Part shown: piece after piece, positions 13,437 to 26,246 of the stretch
Layout: each line of letters opens with the position of its first letter
Position numbering within the stretch: position 1 is the first letter of the stretch
DNA from: Eledone cirrhosa
Taxonomy: Eukaryota
Assembly: GCA_964016885.1 (NCBI GenBank)
Contig: OZ024747.1
Span: 84,010,001-84,074,000 of the forward strand
Direction: 5' to 3'
DNA: 64,000 nucleotides
The notes under the pieces: generated by a model
Told to the model about the DNA's origin: nothing
Database searches by the model: none
What the model saw: the letters and a program-made list of their open reading frames with translations, nothing else
Made by a program: the position numbers and the translations under genes

Positions 13437-13815
13437 TGTATATAAAGCTGTAGTTCCTGTCTGTTTGTTTGTTTGTTCACGAACTCCTCCTATGGTTTTG
13501 GAGATATAACCATATATATTCTGAAACTACATTGCCCAGCATACTTGGATAAGTATATTTCATTTTAATCAAAGGGTTCCCCCGGGGCACAAACCCCCGG
13601 TGAAAACTTTTTCAGTTCGATTTATATGAAATTTAAACCATAGGTAAATGACAAGATATGATGCCTATTCACAAAATTTAAGCAAATTTCAATAATATTA
13701 AGACACCCTAATGGAGTTTTTCTCCATAAATTATATCATTGATTTAAAATCAATCATCATTTTCTTACAAAAAAAATGTGTGAAACGCAGCAAGGGCGCG
13801 GGTAATTCGGCTAGT
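13433..13815 (+). mobile_element. non-autonomous Helitron-like element
   Basis: 5' TATATAAAG followed by a (GTTT)n tract; 3' GC-rich GCAGCAAGGGCGCGGG then CTAGT. Confidence 0.6.
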
Positions 13816-13826
13816 ATATATATATA

Positions 13827-14916
13827 TAGTGGCGGACTGGCAGGTTGCCAGGTTGCCCAATGGCAAGTGAGTCACAGGGGGCCCACGGTAGCATTGCAAG
13901 AGCCCACAGTATCATTGCAGAGCCCACGGTAGTATTTTAGGGACCAATGCTTTGCTTTCAAATAATACCTGAAATCTAAGAGAAAGAATACATTTTTTTT
14001 TTAAATAAATAAAACAATTAAGCAAAGCATTTGGCCAACCAATTCCCCCAGGGAATTACTAGAAACCAAAATATACGATAGTGCAAATAGCTGGAATCAG
14101 TGGTTGTACATTCTACTAAATCTAAAGCTTAGTGCATTCATTCATGCATGCAAACATACATATATAGACACAGACACACAAGCATATGTATATATATATA
14201 TATATATTTATATACTTACATACGAACAACTGACCAAATAATATTTGGTATCAATGGGTTAAAGAGATCTGTCAAATCAATTAGTGATGAAGGAGGGGGA
14301 GAAATGAGGTGGAACAGATATGAAACATGGACTACAGATTAAAATATAGTCTAGACAGATGTGAAACAAAACGACAATGTAGTTTATGGAACACCCAAAT
14401 GATTTAGAAGTCGACCTTAAGTAGGAACAATATCATTAAGAAAGACATGAACGACACCACAACACTTTGTTTCGAAAACTTTGAAAGTAGGTTTTTAAGT
14501 ATGAATTTTCATAAGTTTTTCGTAGTTGTCTCTGTGGCCTAGCGGTAGGTACTAGAGACGGTGGAGATCCTGGTCTTGGGTTCAATCCTGGTGCATGTAA
14601 CCTTTTTCAGTTTTTATTTTATAAAATCAAAGTTAAAAAGATGTCGTGTGGTTCATGGCTTTCCTAGAGCTATTAGTCATATTTAGGGTCGACTTCTGGT
14701 CATTATTGAATGTCTCTGGATTTCGCAAAATACATAATATTTTTTATTGGTGACGGTAAGATTTTTCCGCCAAAATTTGATTGCACTGTTTTGTTTCCAC
14801 TTATGTATTTTTCGAAATGTTATTTATTCATTATACAAATTAAATGATAGCATTCTATATGTACGTGGGCCCCTTCATCTCCTGACAACCAATACTTTTA
14901 GACCCAGTCCGCCGCT

Positions 14917-14917
<1 letters not shown>
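13827..14917. mobile_element. hAT-like non-autonomous element with 14-bp TIRs
   Basis: TAGTGGCGGACTGG ... CCAGTCCGCCGCTG, with subterminal GGGCCC/GAGCCC repeats at both ends. Confidence 0.7.
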
Positions 14918-14958
<41 letters not shown>

Positions 14959-14986
14959 GTGGTTACACAACAGTTAGTTCACCATA

Positions 14987-15024
14987 CCGAGAACAATTGT
15001 TTCACCTTAGCGGATCCTCACCGG
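14987..15024 (-). ncRNA. decayed hammerhead motif
   Basis: Minus strand CCG-GTGAGGA-TCC(GCTAA)GGT-GAAA-CAATTG-TT-CTCGG; C3 is altered; helix III matches family C. Confidence 0.45.
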
Positions 15025-15097
15025 ATTCTCTCTCTCTCTCTATATATATATAGAGAGAGAGATAAGTGTATATATGTGTGTATATATATATATATAT

Positions 15098-16553
15098 CCC
15101 CCCGGTAGTTGTTGGTGTTAGAGAGATCTCCCTTCTTTGGCACTGGGACGATGTTACTGATCCTCCACTGATTCGGGGCAACTCCTCTCTCCAGTGCCCC
15201 GTTACAGAACCCCAGGATGATATCATCAAAATCACACCTCTTCATCACCTCTGATGCCACTCCATCTTCTCCATGAGCCTTGCGTCACTTGTGGCAAAGA
15301 CCCTCAACAGGATGATTCTTGACAGGATCCAGCCTGAGATGGAGAAGAAGCTCAGGGACAACCAGAACGGCTTCAGAGAGGGTAGATCAATCACCAGTCA
15401 CATCCTGATGCTGAGGAGGATATTAGAGGGAGCTAGAGCAAAGTGCCTTCCTGCGGTCATGGTTTTCATTGACTTTAGGAAGGCCTTTGATTCTGTGGAT
15501 CGTTACTGCCTGATGAAGATCTTACAGGCTTATGGAATCCCCAAGAGGATAGTGGACCTGATATCACTGCTCTACACCAACACCAAGGCCCAAGCCATTA
15601 CACCTGATGGGATGACAGAGTTCTTTGAGATACTGGCTGGAGTGCTCCAGGGAGATACATTGGCTCCCTACCTTTTTGTCATCGTAGTGGACTATTGTAT
15701 GCGCCTTGCACTGGAGAAACACCAGGACTCTGGCTTTACTGTAGCACCGGCTCAGAGCAGGAGAGTTAGGGCGAAAAAGGTATCGGATGCTGAATTTGCA
15801 GACGACATAGTTTTGGTGACAAATACAGTGAAGGAGGCAGAGGATTTGATGCGGGAGGTTGAGACTGTGTCGATGAGTGTGGGGCTGAGAATGAATGAGA
15901 CTAAAACAAAATATCTGGTAGAGAATGTTGAGAAGCCAGAGGGGATCACTAATGTAGGCGGGAAGCCGCTGGAATTGGTTGAGGACTTCCTGTATTTGGG
16001 AGCAAAGATTGGGAATACGGAAGATGATGTAGTTGAGAGGAAGAGCAAGGCCTGGGCGGCGTGCCACAGCTTGAGATCGGTGTGGAAGTCGGACCTTCGT
16101 AGAGACCTGAAAATCCGCCTCTTCATTGCTGTAGTGGAGTCTGTGCTGCTGTATGGGTCTGAGACTTGGACACTGACCAAGAAACTCACTCAGATGGTGG
16201 ATGGGTGCTACACGAGAATGCTGAGGATGGCTCTGAACATTAATCAGTATACACTGAGGATGAAAAACTCAGAGCTGTATGGGAGCATCCCAAAAGTCAG
16301 CTCAAAAGTGACACAGAGGAGACTGAGGTTAGCTGGACATGCTCACAGACATCCAGAGTTGACATTGCACTCAGTACTCCTTTGAAGGCCCCTACATGGA
16401 CACACTAGAAGAGGAAGACCAAGGTTAACGTATGTTGATGCCCTTAGGACAGACACTGGTCTGTTGGAGATGCAGGACATGGCAGCGATAATGAGGGACA
16501 GAGACCGCTGGAGAGAACTCGTCCATGGATCTCGGGAATTTTACCCGCCTTAG
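15098..16553 (+). mobile_element. young RTE LINE, 5'-truncated with a 5' inversion, in (TA)n
   Basis: Inverted segment 15098-15272 (GEDGVASEV..IVPVPKKGDLSNTNNYRG) plus forward segment 15273-16553. Confidence 0.93.
15273..16385 (+). pseudogene. RTE reverse transcriptase (partial ORF, premature TGA)
   Basis: QNGFR, FIDFRKAFDSV, GVLQGDTLAPYLF, EFADD, FLYLG and LLYGSETW motifs; TGA at 16383-16385 where the 4434 copy has TGG. Confidence 0.93.
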
Positions 16554-17109
16554 ATATATATATATATAAGTGTATGTACCATTTAAGTTATTTTGATCAT
16601 CTAAATGTAGAACTGGAGGTTCTGATAGGCAAATCATGATGCAACGGATTACTAAAGCACTCGTTTTAAATACATATATATATATGTGTGTGTGTGTGTA
16701 AAATAGATATGTTTGTCTGAATATCAATGTATACACACAAACTGTTTATTTTAAAGTATTTATATTTATCTAAAAACATTCTATCATAATTCTATGTAAG
16801 AACCTTTTTTAAATTATGTCTCAAGTAGTTAATTATATCACAAAATCCCTCGAAATTCTTGATTATTTTCAAAATGATTACGAAATTACAGGTAATGTTT
16901 TTCATTAGAAATATGGCTACATAAGTCAGAAAATAGCACAGCTCCCATGACTTTCGGAAACATTTTTTCACGCTCAGAGTTGCTGAAGCATGGAACAAAC
17001 TACCTGCATCAGTTGTTAGCTGTCGAGACTCTGCATCCTTTAAAACCTCCATGCTTCCTGAGATTCGCCAACACTACACCTAATATTCCTCCTCCATACA
17101 CACGTACAT

Positions 17110-17252
17110 GAAAGCGCATGGCTTAGTGGTTAGAGCATTGGGCTTGCAATCGAAAAGTTGTGAGTTCAATTCTCAGACCGGGTGATGTGTTGCTTCCTTG
17201 AGCAAGACACTTTATTTCACGTTGCTCCAGTTTACTCAACTGTAGAAATGAG
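17110..17252 (+). mobile_element. tRNA-derived CORE-like SINE, family 2
   Basis: A box TGGCTTAGTGG, B box GTTCAATTC, CORE-like TCCTTGAGCAAGACACTT. Confidence 0.8.
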
Positions 17253-17438
17253 ATGATAGGACTGGGGTCCCTATCATTAAATCACCCAAGACACCTCCAA
17301 CGAGATATACCTTGGAGGAGGCCAGCTAAACCTGCATAGGTGTGAGCTGTAACAACAACATACACACGCACACACGCACATATCATAACTCATACACTAT
17401 TTACTTCCCTGACGTTTGTATATTATTCTATGTACTAT

Positions 17439-17582
17439 TGTACTATTGAACCCCGTAAGGATGAAAGGCAAAGTTCAAATCCCGCCGAGGTTAACTTAGC
17501 CTTTCATCCTTACGGGGGTCGATAAAATAAAGTACCAGTAATGCACTGAGTAATTGCTGGCCTTGTGCCAAAGGTAGAAACA
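17439..17582 (+). mobile_element. 5'-truncated SINE family 1 with inverted 5' duplication and 17-bp TSD
   Basis: TSD ATTATTCTATGTACTAT at 17422-17438 and 17583-17599. Confidence 0.8.
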
Positions 17583-17979
17583 ATTATTCTATGTACTATA
17601 CATGCACCTTTGATGTGTTGTAGTGCACCTGAGCACTGTACACAATAATTTCCTTATTATTATTTATTTAAAGTCGGTATTTTGACGCTAAGCCAATCAG
17701 TTAGTGAAAGCTACCATACATAACGCTTGAATTTCAAGCTCTGACGCAAAATACTGAGACTCACTACTACTAAACGTTTTTCATTCAACCCACTTACAAG
17801 TTTGAAGCTTTAATCCCATCAAATGATACGGAATCAAAAGAAAAAATTTAGCGAAATAATTTGTCGGCTGAATTACGGTGGCTTATCATTTACACAGTAA
17901 ATTGTCACACGTTCTCTTGCATTTATTACACAAACACACACAGACACACACACACACAGACAGATACACACACACACAG

Positions 17980-18016
<37 letters not shown>

Positions 18017-18046
18017 TACACACATACACACACACACACACACACA

Positions 18047-18123
<77 letters not shown>

Positions 18124-18832
18124 ACGCACACACAGATACACACACACACATACACATATATATATATATACACATACATATATATGCATGAATGTGTACA
18201 TATATATGTAGACAAATGTATGCACATATATTAATATATACATATGTATATGCATGAGTGTGTACGTATATATGTATACAACCGTATATATAAGTGTGTG
18301 TATGTATGTGTGTGTGTGGGGGGGGGGGGGGCGTCTGAATACTTACGTATACACACGATAAGTAAAAGAATATTCTTTTAGATTTTCTTTTAAATTCTTG
18401 TAATCTTCTCAGGCTTCCTAGCCTGAAACCACAGACTTCCTATAGACAAGCCTGTGTACCAGACCAGCATGATCTGCCATACTGGCCAAAGAGTGACGTT
18501 AAACGTTGTTGAATTCTAGGTCGTCTACCCACAGGGGTTTGACCAAAGACAGTCTGTTCGCCGGGGCTGTGGGGCGGCCAGCACGTGGGACCCCATTTGC
18601 TCTCAATACAGAGAGATGAGAAGGGGGAGAGAGATGGAGGCGATGACAGTGGGAGTTCGGCTCTTCTATGTTCGGAGACACTGAACCTGTCATGTGGTCA
18701 TGTGACTATTGTACAGCATTTCGTATGATAAAATCGACGATGACACATTTCTTCTAACAAAGTCTGTGGCAGCCTAAAATAATGAATCGGGTGTTTAACA
18801 ATTTAACAAATTTGGACGTCAAATATGAGAAC

Positions 18833-18924
18833 ACATATCTGAGGAGCTCCCGATTCCAGAGTCAGGAACGAACATTATTCGACCGTTCCTCGAGCTGATC
18901 GGCAGTGAAACATATGTAATATGT
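18833..18924 (+). ncRNA. type I hammerhead with greatly extended helix II
   Basis: ACATAT-CTGAGGA-[61 nt]-GAAA-CATATG-TA-ATATGT: perfect 6-bp helix I, palindromic helix III, GUA site. Confidence 0.75.
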
Positions 18925-19093
18925 AATTAAATATGTATATGATGCAATACTGATTCTGTCTTTCCATTTATTATTATATACATATATACATATGTGTGGG
19001 TGTATCGGGAGTGTGTGTGCTTCTATACGTAGATATTCAGACAAACATATATATTTAAAGATATATATATTTAAATATATAGCAAATGTAAAC

Positions 19094-19136
<43 letters not shown>

Positions 19137-19260
19137 CAAATTTATGTAGAGAAATATATATGATATTATATAATTGAATTCTGTTATACTCTGTTTTATT
19201 TAATATTATTTTTTTTAATTCACCTGGGGCAAGTGTGTTACGTATATTTAAATTGCTTTT

Positions 19261-19332
19261 TTCTCTCTTACGAATTACGCATAACATCCTTTCAGTAATT
19301 CTATGCATAATGCTGAAACATGTGTAAAGAAT
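19261..19332 (+). ncRNA. decayed hammerhead motif
   Basis: CTTACGA (G5 mutated)..ATTACGCATA/TATGCATAAT..GAAA-CATGTG-TA-AAGA. Confidence 0.35.
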
Positions 19333-19389
19333 TGTAAATGTTTAAAATACTAATTTTTTCCATCTCTAGATTAGATTATATACATATAT

Positions 19390-19545
19390 CAAGGAAACAA
19401 GAAACGAACAGACATGAGGATGCAATAACATGAAGTGTAGTAGTTTCGCGCTTGGAAGAAGAAGAATGAATTACATAGTCAACGTATCGGGCATTTTCCC
19501 TTCGTCAGGAAAAAGGCAAAAGGAAAAGTGCAAAGAAAATAAATA
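19390..19545 (-). mobile_element. PLE-like tail with decayed hammerhead (19478-19510)
   Basis: Minus strand CTGACGA-A-GGG(AAAATG)CCC-GATAC-GTT; GAAA is mutated to GATA. Confidence 0.5.
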
Positions 19546-19560
19546 AATATATATATATAT

Positions 19561-19712
19561 CGATCGACTTTCGTCAAATCGGACCGAGGAAACAATGTTT
19601 CCGTTGGTCTTTCCAATTGCTAATACTATCTATCGGTCGCAACTCCATGTAGAAGGAGCAACGTGTCTTGCTCAAGGACATAACGCATCGCCCGGTCCGG
19701 GAATCGAACTCA
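19561..19712 (-). mobile_element. SINE family 2 subfamily (5'-truncated)
   Basis: Homologous to 26886-27078 and 61287-61501. Confidence 0.85.
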
Positions 19713-19755
19713 TATATATATATACATATATATATATATACATATATATATATAC

Positions 19756-19786
<31 letters not shown>

Positions 19787-19787
19787 C

Positions 19788-19839
<52 letters not shown>

Positions 19840-19912
19840 GCATATATATATATATATATATATGCATATTTATATATATATAATATATATATATACATAT
19901 ATACATGTATAT

Positions 19913-20060
<148 letters not shown>

Positions 20061-20072
20061 TTAATATAGATG

Positions 20073-20123
20073 AGATTCTACAGGACTAGAACTGTTTCAT
20101 TCATTAGAAATCATCAGGAATCT
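20073..20123 (-). ncRNA. type I hammerhead ribozyme (family E)
   Basis: Reverse complement of 24880-24930. Confidence 0.85.
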
Positions 20124-20689
20124 GGGTATCAAAAAATAAATATGGTATTTATAGGTCTCTACAAGTGGTAGGAGAGGGTGGGGAGTGGGATGGGTGCAGG
20201 TCATTGGTTGATAGAGAAGGGAATTCATTAAAGGCTAATTCTCCATAGCTATAGTTAATTTATATTTATTTATGTTTTTAGAGTAACAAAGGCAGACAGA
20301 AATCTATAAACAAGTTCCGGATGGCATACCATTCCTTGTCAATAAGTTTCTCTTAAGCTAGCAGATGTCTATAAAATCAGTGGGGGGTCATTCATGCTCG
20401 ATAGAATTAAAGAAAAGGGAGATTCTTTAAAAGCTAAAGTCATTAAGTTCTGCTAAGTGACAAAGGTCTAGGGAATTCTGCAGACAGATTCAAAATACTG
20501 AGTGCATATCTTACTATTATCTTCGAACTTCTCTTAAACTAATCAACAATATGCCAAATCAACAGACACATTCACAAAAAAACAAAGAAACCCCAAAAAG
20601 ACCAAAAAAACAGAAAAACAAAAAGAGCCACACCTAAAAAAAACCACCAAAAAAACACACATACTCACTCACACACTTACGCGCAACCA

Positions 20690-20891
20690 TAAACACACAC
20701 ATAAACACAAATACACACATAAAAACACACACACATATATAAAAAAATTATATAAATATATACAAATATATATTCATGTACACGCACATGCATACACACA
20801 TACATACATACATACATATATAAAATACATATACACATATACATGCGCACACATATATAATACATATACATATATATATACATATATATAT

Positions 20892-20956
<65 letters not shown>

Positions 20957-21061
20957 TATACATATATACACATATATATATATATACACACATACACACA
21001 CACACACATACATACATATATATATACATATATATATACACACATACATATATATACACAA

Positions 21062-21092
<31 letters not shown>

Positions 21093-21103
21093 CATATACA
21101 TAC

Positions 21104-21138
<35 letters not shown>

Positions 21139-21273
21139 CACACACACACGGATACACACGCACATACACATACATACACACATACACACATATATATACG
21201 CAAGTAAATACACTCACACGCATACATACAAACACGAGTATACATATGTATAAATATCTATACACACACACAT

Positions 21274-21322
<49 letters not shown>

Positions 21323-21435
21323 CATATACACACATACATACACACACACATACACATATATACACATACATACACATATATATATATATATACATATATA
21401 TACATACATATATATATATATATATACATACACAC

Positions 21436-21482
<47 letters not shown>

Positions 21483-21545
21483 TACATACACACACATATA
21501 CATACATACATATATATATATATCTCTCTAAACACACACATACAA

Positions 21546-21597
<52 letters not shown>

Positions 21598-21598
21598 G

Positions 21599-21650
<52 letters not shown>

Positions 21651-21774
21651 TATATACACACACATATATATATCCATACATACACAAACATACACATGCA
21701 TACACAGACCTATACATAAATATACACATATATATACAGAGATATAACGCACAAATACACACACATATATACAT

Positions 21775-21834
<60 letters not shown>

Positions 21835-21850
21835 GCATACACACACACAT

Positions 21851-21898
<48 letters not shown>

Positions 21899-21969
21899 GC
21901 GTGCATACACATATACACACACCCACACACAAAATATATATACACACACACATTCTCTCTCTCATGCAC

Positions 21970-22001
<32 letters not shown>

Positions 22002-22003
22002 AT

Positions 22004-22051
<48 letters not shown>

Positions 22052-22303
22052 ATGTATATATATACAGACACATACAAATACATACATACACACACATACA
22101 CATACACATACATACATATATATATATATATACATATATATACATATATATATATATACACACGCATGCATATACATATACACATACATATACATACACA
22201 TACGTACATACACACACACACATATATGTACATATACACTCACAAATACACACACATATACACACATATATATACATATACATACACACAAACACATACA
22301 TAT

Positions 22304-22350
<47 letters not shown>

Positions 22351-22381
22351 CACACATATACACACATACGCACACGCACAC

Positions 22382-22426
<45 letters not shown>

Positions 22427-22651
22427 TACACATACACACATATATATATATGCATATATATATATATATATATATATCCATATATATATATACATATACA
22501 TATATATATATATACACATACATACACATACACATACATATATACACATATATACAGACAAATATATACACACACACATATACAAACATACATATACATA
22601 CACATACATACACACACACATATACATACACATACATATACATACATATAC

Positions 22652-22704
<53 letters not shown>

Positions 22705-22853
22705 TACATATACATACATACACACACATACATACATACATACATACATAAATACAGACACATACAAACATATACCTGCATAAATATACACACATAAAAC
22801 ACGTATTCACACAAACATATATATATATATATACACATATATACATACACACG

Positions 22854-22901
<48 letters not shown>

Positions 22902-22911
22902 ATACATACAC

Positions 22912-22958
<47 letters not shown>

Positions 22959-23030
22959 CACATACATATAATACACACACAACACATACACATATACACA
23001 TATACAAACAAATATATACACATACAAGTA
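20690..23030. repeat. 2.3-kb degenerate (TA)/(CA) compound microsatellite inside the PLE 3' region
   Basis: Direct inspection. Confidence 0.9.
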
Positions 23031-23204
23031 AATAGGTACTCAATAAATATACGCATATACACAGGCACATAAAGACACCTCTACAGGCAGAAAAAGTAGA
23101 TACAAAAGAGGTACTCACATGACCATAGTGGCCGTATTTCAGGTTGAGGAGGGGTGGGGGTAGGGTGGGGAGGAGGTATAGGGGCCAATAGGGGGAGGTC
23201 GTTT

Positions 23205-24308
23205 TTAGCCATCGGGCTTTAACACTGGCTTAAAGTGTTTGAATGTTGCAAAGTTCTTGTGCATGCAGTTCGGGCAGTGTTCAGAGAGTTTGTTCAGTAG
23301 CGGGCCCTTGGCGAATAAAATTTCGTAACTCTCTGAAATACAAAGGTCGCAGCCCTTGTGTCCTCCGTCGTAAGAGCGCGCTTTCTGGAGTATTTTCCAA
23401 TTAAGCGTGAAGGGGGTGGAGTTCCTTTTGAGGTCCCAAACGTAGGAGGCGAGTGTTGTTTGGTTTGATTTATCCGGTCTTCTGAAGGAGTGGGTATGGG
23501 CATACCAGCGGGTCTTAAAGGTGTTGGATGTCATGCCGATGTAAGTTTTTTTGCAATCCTCGGTGCCCGAGATGACATCGCATTTGTATACGATGTCGTT
23601 TGTGAGGCATTTGTTTTCTAGTGGGCATGTTTCCTTATTTAGGCAATTACATAGAGCCCCAGTCCGGGGATTGGTTTCGGAGGTGGTTGGCTTATTTAGT
23701 TTAGAGTTGTGGTTGGCTATATTCCTAGCTAGGTTAGGTGTGGTGGAGTAAGACAGTCTTATAGTGTTCTTATTAAAGATGGTGTAGTACCTATGTTGTA
23801 TGGGGAAGTGTAATTTCAGTAAAGTGAAGAAAATCCTAGCTATCGGAGTAGATACCTCTCTATTGAAGGGAGGGTTGTACCAGCTAATCTGCCTATGTCT
23901 ATTCCTCCTCTGCAATTTTGCGGTGGTTTCTAGGTAAGTTATCTTATCTTTAAATCCGCTACGGGCTAGGGCGTCGTTGTAGTAGGAGGCAGATGCATTA
24001 AAAATATCTTTGTTGGCGGAGAGGCCAGATATTCTAATAGAGACGCTTTTTACTAGGTTATCAGTAATGTTTTGGGGGTGGTTTGAATTAACATTAATAT
24101 ATTTAAGGGACTCGTTAGGTTTGTGGTACGGGTAATAGAGGGAAGTATCTAGGTCGAGAGTGACATCTAAGAAGTTGGCCCTAGTCAGATTAGAATCTAT
24201 AGTAATACTAAATCCTAGATTAGAGAAGAAAGAGCTTAAGTTTTTCCGAAACCCATCGGTGGTTCTGGGGCTAACCTTATGCAGGGCGAAGAGGCCGTCG
24301 TCTCGGTG
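23205..24308 (-). CDS. 5'-truncated PLE ORF: RT C-terminal half plus GIY-YIG endonuclease (Nematis-like)
   Basis: Manual translation is open from (H)RDDGLF through NFLDVTLDL, YHKPN, SNHP, WYNPPF, CNC-x5-CPL-x3-CL, VYKC..YIGMT..FKTRW and CDLC..E..LLNK to the stop at 23205. Confidence 0.9.
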   Translation of the reverse strand, partial: HRDDGLFALHKVSPRTTDGFRKNLSSFFSNLGFSITIDSNLTRANFLDVTLDLDTSLYYPYHKPNESLKYINVNSNHPQNITDNLVKSVSIRISGLSANKDIFNASASYYNDALARSGFKDKITYLETTAKLQRRNRHRQISWYNPPFNREVSTPIARIFFTLLKLHFPIQHRYYTIFNKNTIRLSYSTTPNLARNIANHNSKLNKPTTSETNPRTGALCNCLNKETCPLENKCLTNDIVYKCDVISGTEDCKKTYIGMTSNTFKTRWYAHTHSFRRPDKSNQTTLASYVWDLKRNSTPFTLNWKILQKARSYDGGHKGCDLCISESYEILFAKGPLLNKLSEHCPNCMHKNFATFKHFKPVLKPDG

Positions 24309-24879
24309 CGCTCTGGTTGCGCGTAAGTGTGTGAGTGAGTATGTGTGTTTTTTTGGTGGTTTTTTTTAGGTGTGGCTTTTTTTGTTTTTCTGTTTTTTTG
24401 GTCTTTTTGGGGTTTCTTTGTTTTTTTGTGAATGTGTCTGTTGATTTGGCATATTGTTGATTAGTTTAAGAGAAGTTCGAAGATAATAGTAAGATATGCA
24501 CTCAGTATTTTGAATCTGTCTGCAGAATTCCCTAGACCTTTGTCACTTAGCAGAACTTAATGACTTTAGCTTTTAAAGAATCTCCCTTTTCTTTAATTCT
24601 ATCGAGCATGAATGACCCCCCACTGATTTTATAGACATCTGCTAGCTTAAGAGAAACTTATTGACAAGGAATGGTATGCCATCCGGAACTTGTTTATAGA
24701 TTTCTGTCTGCCTTTGTTACTCTAAAAACATAAATAAATATAAATTAACTATAGCTATGGAGAATTAGCCTTTAATGAATTCCCTTCTCTATCAACCAAT
24801 GACCTGCACCCATCCCACTCCCCACCCTCTCCTACCACTTGTAGAGACCTATAAATACCATATTTATTTTTTGATACCC

Positions 24880-24930
24880 AGATTCCTGATGATTTCTAAT
24901 GAATGAAACAGTTCTAGTCCTGTAGAATCT
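24880..24930 (+). ncRNA. type I hammerhead ribozyme (family E)
   Basis: AGATTC-CTGATGA-T-TTC(TAAT)GAA-T-GAAA-CAG(TTCTAGTC)CTG-TA-GAATCT; GUA site at 24922-24924. Confidence 0.88.
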
Positions 24931-25012
24931 CATCTATATTAAAACTATTATACTCTGCTATGTATTGAGTACCTTACTTACTGTGGTTACCTCCGATTCA
25001 ACCCGGAATAAC

Positions 25013-25757
<745 letters not shown>

Positions 25758-26094
25758 ATTATATATATATAATAAAAATGTTGTTCAAATAAAATTAGGA
25801 AGAAAATTAAAAAATTAAAAAGGATATGGTGATGGTGTATATTTTACATGTAGCAATGATATTCTGTTTATTTAGATGTAACTGGGTCTAAAAATATTGG
25901 TTGCCAGGAGGAGACAAAGGAGATCATCACAACTACAATACTATCATCCAATTTTTATATCGAATAAATAACATTTTTTTTTAATCTTCTTTTTGTGTAG
26001 GTTAGGTTCAATCAAGTGATTTTTGTATGTATACATATTATCAATTAATTTTAATTATATTTATCTCATCACACTTCATCACATCGTATTCTAA

Positions 26095-26246
26095 GCAGTA
26101 CTGAGCTAGCACATTTTTTATCGACCTCGAAAGTGTGAAAGATAATATTGATCTCGGTGAGTTTTAAACTTAAGATTCAGAGAGTCAGAATAAATACCGC
26201 AAAGTATTCCATACGATGTTCTAACGACTCTGCTAATTCGTCGCCT
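26095..26246 (-). mobile_element. old SINE family 1 copy
   Basis: Degenerate match to the TTTTATCGACC..GAAAG..CTCGG core. Confidence 0.6.

Larger units (their letters stand above)
16915..17670 (+). mobile_element. CR1/L2-type LINE 3' end interrupted by two SINEs
   Basis: Translates FRKHFFTLRVAEAWNKLPASVV..FKT; the 3' UTR resumes at about 17360 and 17600 and ends in an (ATT)-rich tail. Confidence 0.75.

Noticed and set aside
20677-23118. Many long YI/CV/HT ORFs (also 62001-63597 and elsewhere)
   Set aside because: Translations of dinucleotide microsatellites.
23205-24308. Selenocysteine-type in-frame TGA as in Naiad PLEs
   Set aside because: Manual translation found no in-frame TGA in the preserved portion.
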